Source: Octopus sinensis | Taxonomy: Eukaryota | NCBI RefSeq assembly: GCF_006345805.1 | Contig: NC_043004.1 | Location: 45,942,001-46,006,000 of the forward strand | Reading direction: 5' to 3' | Length of the DNA stretch: 64,000 nt | Position numbers and translations under genes: made by a program | Shown: piece after piece, positions 1-10,710 of the stretch | How the letters are laid out: each line of letters opens with the position of its first letter | How positions within the stretch are numbered: the stretch's first letter is position 1 | The notes under the pieces: generated by a model | Databases searched by the model: none | What the model was told of the DNA's origin: nothing | The model's input: the letters and a program-made list of their open reading frames with translations, nothing else

Positions 1-192
1 AAAATTCTAACTGGGCCCCACCTGCAAGGTCATGTGCTGTTTATTTTGATATGAGATCACCATGTCGCGCACATATGGTTGTGATGCATGTGCCTAGTGT
101 ACCCTTATCAGACGGGTAGTCATGATGGGTATACTGGGCTTCGTATATTTTACCCCAGTGTCACTTTGATGGTATGCACTGCTCTCTCACTC
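1..192. mobile_element. End of an unclassified interspersed repeat abutting an (AAT)n array
   Basis: Complex sequence ends at ...gcactgctctctcactc and runs directly into (aat)n. It resembles a retroelement terminus; family not determined. Confidence 0.35.
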
Positions 193-392
193 AATAATAA
201 TAATAATAATGATAATAATAATAGTAATAATAATAATAATAAGAAGAAGAAGAAGAAGAAAAGAAGAAATAATAATAATAATAATAATAATAATATAATA
301 ATAATAATAATAATAAGAAGAAGAAGAAGAAGAAGAAAAGAAGAAGAAGAAGAAGAAGAGAAGAAGAAAAGAAGAAATAATAATAATAATAA
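193..392 (+). repeat. (AAT)n/(AAG)n compound microsatellite
   Basis: Direct reading; it explains the poly-N/K/R/E ORF 88..417. Confidence 0.95.
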
Positions 393-394
393 AG

Positions 395-1072
395 AAGGAA
401 TACTACAGACGAGTTAGATCAATACTAAAAACGGAGCTCTATGCTAAAAACAAGATAATAGGTATTAACACTTTAGCCGTCTCTGTTAGAAGTTACAACT
501 ACAGTATCCTTAACTGGACGCTAAATGAACTAACCAAAATAGATAGGAAAACAAGAAAAATAGTGACAGGATCTAGGATGCATCACCCAAAATCTGACAT
601 AGAAAGGCTATATATACAACGTATAGAAGGTGGTAGAGGACTTATGAAGTTGGAAAACTATTATAAAATAACCACCATAGGACTGCAAAAATACCTACTT
701 CAGAAGCAATGAAAACTGATACAAATAGCGACAAAACACGAGCAAAACAAAAAATTGTTCTCAGTAGATTAATGTGAAAGAAGAAGAATAAATAAACTAT
801 GACAATTTGAAGTGGGAAATATGATGGTTGTGATCAATGAAGTGAGTGTACGTGATGCCAATAATAATTGGAGCATTTGCAGGTAGCGCTCAACTACCAG
901 CATGGCTAAAAAGATTGGTGCAATAGTGAAGGAAGAATACCTACAAAAATCAGCATTGCTTGGAACTGCAAGAATTCTTCGCAGGGTTCTTGAAGCATGA
1001 CCAGTAGTCTGCTGGCTGTGGACAACTGACAATTTTTATCATACTCAGCAAAATAAGCTGTGAGTTTTCAGA
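395..1072 (+). mobile_element. R4/Dong-clade non-LTR retrotransposon 3' fragment, internally deleted
   Basis: 395-767 translates KEYYRRVRSILKTELYAKNKIIGINTLAV...IDRKTRKIVTGSRMHHPKSDIERLYIQRIEGGRGL (post-RT region). About 800-1000 translates YDNLKWEI...VMPIIIGAF...YLQKSALLGTARILRRVLEA* (REL endonuclease C-terminus). A short 3' UTR and an (AAT)n tract follow. Confidence 0.85.
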
Positions 1073-1132
1073 TTATGATGATGATAATAATAATGACAAT
1101 GATGATAATAATAATAATATATAATAATAATA

Positions 1133-1196
<64 letters not shown>

Positions 1197-1238
1197 GATA
1201 ATAATAATAATAATATAATAATGATAATGATAATAATG

Positions 1239-1306
<68 letters not shown>
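1073..1306 (+). repeat. (AAT/GAT)n microsatellite
   Basis: Direct reading. Confidence 0.95.
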
Positions 1307-1314
1307 TGATTAAT

Positions 1315-1526
1315 TCATTCATTGTACAATCAAGAGGTCTGAAATTTTGGGGAAGGGGATGCGCGATTACATCCACCCCAGTTTGTGACTGGTACTTATT
1401 TTATCGACGCCAAAGATAAAAGTTAGATTCTACCTCAGTGGATTTTAAATTCAGAACGTAAAGACAAATGAAATGCTTTTAAACATTTTGTCCAGCAAGC
1501 TAGCGATTGAACCAGCTAGCCGCCTC
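1315..1526 (-). mobile_element. SINE family B (head ggcggcgagctggcagaa), diverged
   Basis: Reverse complement matches the copies at 20487 and 2523 (ttctgagttcaaat...gtcgataaaataagtaccag). Confidence 0.7.
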
Positions 1527-2133
1527 ATTTAATTAATGATTAGTAATAATAATTCATATGCCTAGCGAAAAATATTATCTTTATTAGGACAAGGACAGTG
1601 ACTTATATTTGTATGCTATGCCTCATTGACGTCGTCAATGAGACATAAGACACATGTACGCACTTAGGAGGTAGACAGAGACGTTATCAACTGGAAAATC
1701 ATTACGTAGTAAGCCTCTTGCATATAATCTATGGACATATGATTTCAAATATAATTAATGTTTCGTTGTAACTTGGAAGTATCAGTATCCGAGTAATAAA
1801 CGTACACGCTCACAGGTTCCATTTCACTTCTTTGTTCTAATGTTAACAAAGAAAAGTTTTATTAACCATCTGATTAAGTGCGCAAGTGATTATTTAGTTG
1901 ACAAATACTAGAGATATAAAATTGAAACAATGCGTGTGTTTATTATTAGGGTAATGAGACGCCTAAAATACAAGTAATTTGTCTCAACTCATGAGTTTTC
2001 ATCACGAATATTGTAGACCGAATTCAAAAACGAAATGTAATTAAGGCGTGTTTTAATCCATCTTCTAATCTTATCAGATTACTTTGTATTCAGTGTCAAA
2101 ATTTATCTCGGTGTCAGGAATAAAAGCGACATA

Positions 2134-2521
2134 TACTCTTCTACTTGTTTCAGTCATTTGACTGCGGCCATGCTGGAGCACTGCCTATAGTCGAGCAAAT
2201 CGACCCCGGGACTTATTCTATCGGTCTCTTTGCCGAACCGCTAAGTGACGGGGACGTAAACACACTAGCATCGGTTGTCAAGTGATGTTAGGGGGAACAA
2301 ACACAACACACAAACATTCACACACACACATATATATATATATATATACATATATACGACGGGCTTCTTTCAGTTTCCGTCAACCAAATCCACTCACAAG
2401 GCATTGGTCGGCCCGAGGCTATAGCAGAAGACACTTGCCCAAGATGCCACGCAGTGGGACTGAACCCGGTACGATGTGGTTGGTAAGCAAGCTAATTACC
2501 ACACAGCTATTCCTGCGCCTA
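2134..2521 (-). mobile_element. SINE family A (tRNA-like head, cttgggcaagtgtcttct CORE-like segment, central (TA/CA)n, tail gcagtcaaatgactgaaacaagtaaaagagta), full length
   Basis: High similarity to the copies at 8209, 9521 and 40033. Confidence 0.9.
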
Positions 2522-2522
2522 T

Positions 2523-2735
2523 GTCAGCGAGCTGGCAGAATTGTTACCATGCCGGACGTAAGGCTTAGCGATATTTTGCCTGCCATTACTTTCATAGTTC
2601 AAATTCCACGGAGGTCAGTTTTCTCTTTCAACCTTTAGTGGTCGATGAAATATGTACCAGATGACTTCTGGAGTCGATGTAATCGACTTATCACTCCCCC
2701 CAAACTGATGGCCTTGTGCTAAATTTTGAAACCAA
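2523..2735 (+). mobile_element. SINE family B, head-to-head with SINE A
   Basis: cagcgagctggcagaattgttaccatgccgg...gtcgatgtaatcgactta matches 20487-20720. Confidence 0.8.
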
Positions 2736-3612
2736 TTTAAGTAACATACATTGCAGCGGTAACTCATAAGCATTGACGATACGCGAAGTATTTCAGAAAA
2801 AAATTCATTGACAAAAAAAAAAATTAAATGGAGGGAAAAACGAAAGTTTTTAGGAGTTAATATTCGTCAATCAAATGTTCGGCTTTCTACTTACATGGAC
2901 AAAGACACGAATGTGTGAGAGTGTGTATGTGTGTGTGTGTGAGAGTGTGTGTGTATGATGAAGTTTGTTTCAAAGCAATGTCTATCCGAGTCTAATCCAA
3001 CAATGAGTACCACATCTGGAAAATATCTCCCACCTAAGCTTTAAATTGAGCTGCAAATTGTAAATGGAATTTAGTAGACGGCGTCAGTGCTGGCTTTTGC
3101 GTTGTATGTTTGTGTGGGTGTGTGTCTGTGTCTTTGTGAATATAGGTGTATATACATGTGTGTATGTGAGTATGTGTATTTTATGAATTGTGATTCCGTG
3201 TATGATTTTTTTGTCTGTGCAAATCGTGTATGTGGATGTGTATGATTGTTTGTCCGTGAATTTGTGTATATGTGTGTGGGATTGTTCGTTTATGAATATG
3301 TATGTGTGAGTGTCTATGATTGTTTATCTCTGTATGCATGTGTGTGTAAACACAGTCTGAGAAAATGTACGCTTTTGAATAAAAATACGATGCGTGGCAT
3401 ATGTTCTCCCGACGTCAGAAATTCATCGAATCAGGGATTGGCATATTGGAAACTTGTAACCAATGGCGCTATTGTTAACCAAATACGATTCATATTAAAG
3501 TAAAAATATATTCTGAGGCGTTCAATTCCTCCGCACTCATTGGAGAATACATCCAAATTATCAGAAATTGAATGAAACCGATTCAGTTGTGTATAGACTT
3601 TCAAAGATGTCT

Positions 3613-3613
3613 A

Positions 3614-3694
<81 letters not shown>

Positions 3695-3830
3695 ATCTAT
3701 CTTATCTCTAAGCTCTACCTTGTAATTTGTCCCATCTTTGTGCAGCCCTGTGTGGCTAATAAAGAAACATCTATCTTCTTATGTATCTATCTATCTATCT
3801 TATCTATCTATCTTATCTATCTATCTATCT
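3613..3830 (+). repeat. (ATCT)n microsatellite
   Basis: Direct reading. Confidence 0.95.
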
Positions 3831-4964
3831 ATCTATATTTCTATTTATGTGTTTATCTGCCTGCCTGCCTGTCTATCTGTCTAATTATTTGCGCCTCCTT
3901 GACTGAATGTGTGTCCATACATGTAAATATATTTCTGTGCATGTATGCATACATGTGTAAGGAGGGCAAAAAATTGGTTCTGTGGTTAAATCGTCACTTA
4001 GCCACTACGTAATTTCAAGAGCAGTCTCATTCCATGTCTCTCTGGCTGAGTATTTTCTGCTACAGATTCGTTTTGACGATTGTTTTTGATTATAATTAGT
4101 TGGACAAGTAAGAACGACAGTATCTTGAATCCATCTTAGCTACACTTGGTCACATGACGTTAGAATTATATACCCCAAATCTACCACGTGGTAGTTGCAT
4201 CTGACATATTCATTGAACATATAAAACCGAGGAAACAATTTGACTTCAAAATAAAGCAGTCTAATGGAGAGGAAGTCTACTTCAGAACCCAGTAACAACA
4301 AATGTCAACGAATTTGCTTTCGTGGAGGTCCAAGTGTTCAGTGGTTGACTGTTTGATGACTGTTTACGAGACAACTGACGTTGTAAGGATGTTTGTCTCT
4401 AATAACGTAGGACGCAAGTATTATGACCAATACAACTTTTCTTGGAAAATTTACACTATTCATATAATCACCCATAAATGAAACGGATTAGACATGTGTT
4501 TCAAATTTATGTCCTGTTTTGCTATATCTGGATTCCATGAATTAAAAAATAATTGTCGGATTTCTATATGTTCTTAAATGGGAAAAAAAGAAAAAAAACG
4601 TTTACATGTTTTATGGATTCTTTTCCTCATTCTCATTCACTAGCACACATATAAAACACACAATCATATATATATATATTCAGATGTATATAGGGATAGG
4701 TAGATTCATTATATATATATTGTAATATATATACACACACACACCCACACACATATATATATAATATATATATATATATATTTTAATATATATATATATA
4801 TACATACATATATACATACATGTATAAAGGGAAAGTTGACGAAAATAAACAAAAGACGAAGGCAGGTGGTGTAAAAACAGATGTATTAGAATAGCGCTAC
4901 ATATATATATATATATATATATATATAAGATATATATTATGTATATGTATAATATGCATTTATG

Positions 4965-5000
<36 letters not shown>

Positions 5001-5005
5001 TATAT

Positions 5006-5049
<44 letters not shown>

Positions 5050-5056
5050 CCGATAT

Positions 5057-5365
5057 GTGGATGCGCAATGACCCAGTGGTTAGGGCAGCATACTCGTGAT
5101 TGTAGGATCACGGTTCGATTCCCAGACGGAGCATTGTGAGTGTTTATTGAGTAAAAACACTTAAAAAGTTCCATGAGCCTCCGGCAGGGGGTGGGGTGAT
5201 CCCTGCTGTACTCTTTCACAACTTTCTGCGCCACTCTTTCTTCTGTTGGCCTGCTCATTTACCCAGCGGGGTGGCGTCATTGAAGGCTAAAACAATGCGA
5301 AGCGCATTGTGACCAGCGACGTGTAGCAACATCTTATGGCCTAATCGGTAACGTGATCACGTGAT
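5057..5365 (+). mobile_element. SINE family C, tail type 2 (copy 1)
   Basis: tRNA-like head (tgacccagtggttagggcagc A box; ggttcgattccc B box). Flanked on both sides by atataccgatat (TSD). Confidence 0.9.
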
Positions 5366-5478
5366 ATATACCGATATATATATATATATATATACATAGG
5401 TAGAAATATATATATGTATATGTATATATGCATTTATGTATGTATATATATATATAGATAACACACACACATCATTAC

Positions 5479-5531
<53 letters not shown>

Positions 5532-5602
5532 TATATATAATATATATATATATATGTATTATATATATATATATATATATATGTGTATGTATATACCGAT
5601 AT

Positions 5603-5956
5603 GTGGATGCGCAATGACCCAGTGGTTAGGGCAGCATACTCGTGATTGTAGGATCACGGTTCGATCGCAGACGGAGCATGTGAGTGTTTATTGAAAGAAA
5701 ACACCTAAAATGCTCCACGAGCCTCCGGCAGGGGGTGGGGTGATCCCTGCTGTACTCTTTCACCACAACTTTCTCTAACTCTTACTTCCTGTTTCTGTTG
5801 TACCTTTCACAACTTTCTGCGCCACTCTTTCTTCTGTTGGCCTGCTCATTTACCCAGCGGGGTGGCGTCATTGAAGGCTAAAACAATGCGAAGCGCATTG
5901 TGACCAGCGACGTGTAGCAACATCTTATGGCCTAATCGGTAACGTGATCACGTGAT
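5603..5956 (+). mobile_element. SINE family C, tail type 2 (copy 2, tandem duplicate with an extra ~45 nt)
   Basis: Near-identical to 5057-5365 with the same atataccgatat flanks; period 546 bp. Confidence 0.9.
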
Positions 5957-6132
5957 ATATACCGATATAATTATATACATAGGAGAAATATATATATATA
6001 TAGATATATATATATATATATTATATACATACATACAGATATATATGAATATACATACGTATATATATATATATATGTATAGAAATATATACATATATAT
6101 TTATATAATACATATATATATGTATGAATTGC

Positions 6133-6164
<32 letters not shown>

Positions 6165-6436
6165 TATGTATTATATATATATATGTATATATATCTATAT
6201 ACATATATATATATGTATATATTTTTAATTATATATAGAAGGAGCTTTACAGGACTAGTCTGTTTCATTCAAGAGAAATCTTCAGGAAGCTATTTAACAA
6301 GAATTGTATAGCATTTATACATTAGGCAGGTTTAAAGGAGTGGTGGTGGGGGACTTTTTTGGGGGTAGGCATAGCGCAAAATATCATACTTGGGGGAGGG
6401 TCAAGGAGTCATTGGTAAGTTAGATGAAAGAATAGA

Positions 6437-6537
6437 TAAATAAAAAAATAAAATAAAAAATAAAAAATAAAAATAAAAATAAAAAATAAAAAATAAAAAA
6501 TAAAAAATAAAAAATAAAAATAAAAATAAAAATAAAA
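6437..6537 (+). repeat. (AAAAAT)n-type repeat
   Basis: Direct reading. Confidence 0.9.
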
Positions 6538-6619
6538 TGTGTGCACATACATACATAACACATATACATACACACACACATACGTACACATGTGTGCCTA
6601 TACATACCTACACATACAC

Positions 6620-6651
<32 letters not shown>

Positions 6652-7041
6652 GATATATATATATATACCTATATATATATATATATATACACAATCAAAT
6701 ACAGGCCCATTCCCTTAATTTTAATTTTATTATCTTCATTTATTATTTGTTATCTTAGATCGCTAGGCTAAGGATCATGGCGATGGCAGCATGTCCATTG
6801 TCGGTCTACTAGAAGGCAAGTACTCGTTCGCACGCACACTCATTAGCAGTACATACACCCATTCGTACACTCATACACATACACGTACGCACGCGTTATA
6901 TTCATACATACAAACATCTACATACGTTCACGTATATACATACGTACTCGTACCTACAGATTCATGTCTACACTTTAGGAGGCTAGTCAATATTATACAC
7001 CAATAATATACATATATATATATATATATATATAATATATT

Positions 7042-7075
<34 letters not shown>

Positions 7076-7293
7076 GCCCCATTTACTTCAACAACGCAAT
7101 CATTTCATCAATTTAAATGCAAAGATATCATCATATGCACAAATGAATAGAATTTTAATCATTCGAACACAAATAAAAGTTCTTTAACAGAGCAATAATA
7201 TGGAAGAAATCCATGTTGTCGCTATTGTATACTACACTTCCAAGAAAGTCACGAAGCTTACTGCTGTCCGACTAATTAAAATTCTATTTAGTT

Positions 7294-7381
7294 ATGCAGT
7301 TGATGATAGCCCTGCATTTAAAATGATATCATGATTATATTGTTCATTTAAATGGAGCCGCCTGAAACGGTCGTACTGCAT
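7294..7381 (+). ncRNA. Degenerate hammerhead ribozyme motif with long stem II (PLE terminus-like)
   Basis: atgcagt-TGATGA-[catttaaaatga...tcatttaaatg hairpin]-GAAACGGTC-gt-actgcat. Stem I is atgcagt/actgcat; core C3 is missing. Confidence 0.5.
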
Positions 7382-7446
7382 CACCTCTTGATATCCGTTG
7401 CTTATTTTGATATATATATATATATAAACACACATATATATATTAC

Positions 7447-7479
<33 letters not shown>

Positions 7480-7535
7480 ACACACACACACATATATATA
7501 TATACATATATACGTACATACATTGAATACATACA

Positions 7536-7569
<34 letters not shown>

Positions 7570-7680
7570 CATACATATATACATACAGAGGAAACAAAGT
7601 AATTTCATTCCACGCGGGCAAACAAAAACAAAGGAAAAATAGAAGTTGAGAATGCACTGAGTATAGTTAAAATATTTTAA

Positions 7681-7863
7681 AATATATTTGTAGCTTTAAC
7701 CGGTTTCACACTTTGCACTGATTTTCAAAAGTTCAAATAAAAACAGGAGTAACTTCAAACACTAGTCAGAAGCAACACAGCTGTAACATAAGCTACGTGT
7801 TTCTATTTGAACTCTTTGAAAATCAGTGTAAGCTGTGAAACCAGTTACAGCTTCAAATATATT
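7681..7863. repeat. Fold-back inverted repeat (~65 bp arms); each arm resembles a decayed HHR
   Basis: aatatatttgtagctttaaccggtttcaca... versus ...tgtgaaaccagttacagcttcaaatatatt, roughly 80% complementary by eye. Confidence 0.8.
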
Positions 7864-7924
7864 CATAAAAAATATTTTTACTATTCTCAGTGCATTTTCA
7901 ACTTTTATTTTCCTATTTTTTCCC

Positions 7925-7991
<67 letters not shown>

Positions 7992-8208
7992 TATCCTTAT
8001 GTTAAGCCATTTTTCATTAAATTGAAGGATTTCTCAGTACTTTTTGGGTAACACATATTTAAATTCATTCTTTAGCAGGAATAGCTTTGACTGTGACTGC
8101 AAAGTGTCTTAGCCTTTATCAGACTGTGGTATATGAGTTGGGTGGGAGGAGGTGCCTCTCTGTTGAATGATAATTAGCTTGTAGTATACGTCCTGATAGT
8201 AAGATATT

Positions 8209-8424
8209 ATTCTTTTACTCTTTTACTTGTTTCAGTCATTTGACTGTGGCCATGCTGGAGCTCCGCCTTTAGTCAAGCAAATCGACCCCAAGACTTATTC
8301 TTTGTAGTACTTATTCTCTTTTGCCGAATCGCTAAGTTACGGGGATATAAACACACCACCATCGTTGTCAAGCGATGTTGTGGGGACAACCACAAGCACA
8401 TAAACACACACACACATACACAAC

Positions 8425-8460
<36 letters not shown>

Positions 8461-8625
8461 CATACATACATATATACATATATACGACGGGCTTCTTTCA
8501 GTTTCTGTCTACCAAATCCATTCACAAGGCTTTGGCAGAAGACACTTGACCAAGGTCCCACGCAATATTAATGAACCCGGAACCATGTGTTTGGTAAGCA
8601 ATCTACTTACCACACAGCCACTCCT
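8209..8625 (-). mobile_element. SINE family A, near full length
   Basis: Same tail and body as 2134-2521. Confidence 0.9.
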
Positions 8626-8825
8626 ATTTCCATTCATTAAATTTTAGGTTGTGTTGTTGGTTAGATCTCAGTCTAAAAAAGACCTACAGCTTACATACCT
8701 AAAGAGATACACCTGGTCATTAACTTCTACATGCATTACTGAATTATGATCAATAACAAAACCTAATTTATTTAATAAAAAATTGGTTAATATAGGGCTA
8801 ACAAATATCAGAAAATCAAAACAAA

Positions 8826-9300
8826 AATGTGTGTAATAGGTGTAAAACAACTTCCTATGAACGAATATGAAAAAAAAAATTCGCGCACGCAAAAGGGGGT
8901 GGGGGAGAGGCCTCGGAAATTCACATCGGGAATTCCGAAAGCGTCTGAGGAGCTGACCCGGGCACCAAAACAAAAAAAAATAGTGTAATATGTGTAAAAC
9001 AACTTGCTCTAAACGAATATGACAAAAAAAAAATGCGCTCTCGCGAAAGAGAGGGTGGGGGAGAGCCCTCGGAATATTTATATCGGGAATTTCGAAGGTC
9101 CTGAACGGGCACAAAAACAAAACAAAAACAGCGTAAGGTTAAAACACTTGCTCTAAACGACTATCATGAAAAAATGCGCGCTCGCGAAAGGGGGGTGAGG
9201 GAGAGCTTCGGAAATTTCACATCTTCATCTCAACGGCCTTTAAACTAAGAAAAAATAGTGTAATTGGTGTAAAACTACTTGTTCTAAACGAGTATCAAGA
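8826..9300 (+). repeat. Diverged tandem repeat, ~148 bp unit x ~3.3
   Basis: Unit starts aaa(t)agtgtaat..gtgtaaaacaacttgctctaaacg near 8826, 8976, 9125 and 9250. Full units carry gcgc(g/t)ctcgcgaa...gggtgggg.gagagc..cggaa. Confidence 0.85.
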
Positions 9301-9520
9301 ACACACACTCACACATGAATCATAAACTCCGTATTTCGCAAAAAAAAAAAAAATAAGAGAAAATTCTGGAAAAAGTGAAGAAATGTTGGATCTCCGCCAT
9401 GTGAATCAAATAAGTGTCGAAACATCTTGAAATACTACAGAAATTATGTTACGAAATGAAATGTATACATACCTCTTTGAGTGGTCCATCGATAATGATG
9501 ATAAAGAAATGAGTTGGATT

Positions 9521-9587
9521 TAGCCTCAGGCCGACCAATGCCTTGTGAGTGGATTTGGTAGACGGAAACTGAAAGATGCCTGTCGTA

Positions 9588-9624
<37 letters not shown>

Positions 9625-9876
9625 CATACATATATATGTGTGTATGTGTGTATGTGTGTGTGTTTGTGTGTCTGTGTTTGTCCCCCTAGCATTGCTTGAA
9701 AACCGATGCTAGTGTGTTTACGTCCCCGTCACTTAGCGGTTCGGCAAATAGACTGATAGAATAAGTACTGGGCTTACAAAAATAAGTCCCGGGGTCGATT
9801 TGCTCGATTAAAGGTGGTGCTGCAGCATGGCCTCAGTCAAATGACTGAAACAAGTAAAAGAGAAAGTAAAAGAGAA
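9521..9876 (+). mobile_element. SINE family A, 5'-truncated
   Basis: Body and aaaagag tail match the other A copies. Confidence 0.9.
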
Positions 9877-9989
9877 TCTCTGCATCATAAACTACCCTAT
9901 AACCTAATTATTGTTAACCAGAGCCCCACCGGGCCTACCCCAGAAATTTCAAACCTTACAGATTTTACATAAATGTAAGATGAACTCAA

Positions 9990-10710
9990 AGGGTACCAAA
10001 AATAAGTAACTGGAAACGTTCTCTGTGGGACAAGTCCGCTCTAGGTCAGGCAACCGCCGCTAGAAGCCATTCGAGGCAATATCGGGCATCAGTCTTCCGA
10101 CTGACGTCATCTAGTGAAGTCGTATTGCTAGTTGGTGCATTTTTTTTTTGCAGTGTATCTACCCTGTTTGTAGAGTTTTGCGTTGGTCGAAACGAAGGAA
10201 CAGCATGTTTCCGGGAAATTTTGTTTTCTGCTGGGGAAACCGGCGTCCGAAACAGTTGTTTTGCTTCAGAGAGTTTACAAGGAAGCAGTCATGAGCAACA
10301 CACAGGTTTTTGAGTGGTTTCCATGCTTTAGGAAGGATCACTTGTCGCTTGAAGACCAATCTTGTTCAGAACGACTGCCGACTCCGAATGAATGAAAACC
10401 TCATGAAAATTCATGAACTAATCTTGGAGGTCCGTCACCAAACATTTGACAAACTTGTTGGTATGACTGGTGTGTCCCAGAGCTCCTGCTAATACATTCA
10501 GAGTGAGGAATTTCGAATGGAGAGAGTTTGCAGCAAAATGTTGGCCTCGCTTGCGCACAGATAATCAAAAACAGTCAGGTGAATGCGTGTCGTGAACTGA
10601 AAGAATAGTAGAAATCGATCCGGAACTTTTATTGAAAGGATCACTGGTGACGAAAGCTGGTTCTACGGAATTTGCCGATATGGAAGAGGCGAAGAAAAGA
10701 ACGACAGAGT
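9990..10710 (+). mobile_element. Mariner transposon relic (N-terminal half, internally deleted)
   Basis: Frameshifted ORFs EQHVSGKFCFLLGKPASETVVLLQRVYKEAVMSNTQVFEWF, NENLMKIHELILE and ITGDESWFYG, followed directly by the C-terminal FADMEEAKKRTTE. Confidence 0.85.

Noticed and set aside
1622-1642. ctcattgac-gtc-gtcaatgag palindrome with a CRE-like core
   Set aside because: A single 9-bp stem is expected by chance in 64 kb.
3514-3585. CTGAGG..ttcaatt/aattgaa..GAAACCG motif
   Set aside because: Non-canonical core and no stem I.
4150-4480. Possible mariner N-terminal remnant
   Set aside because: Translation similarity is too weak to support.
6246-6292. Minus-strand CTGAAGA...GAAACAGACTAGTC hammerhead-like motif
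   Set aside because: Stems I and II do not pair in register; at most a decayed PLE terminus.
8826-9300. Repeat-spacer appearance (CRISPR-like)
   Set aside because: Whole units are homologous with no unique spacers, there are no cas genes, and the context is eukaryotic.
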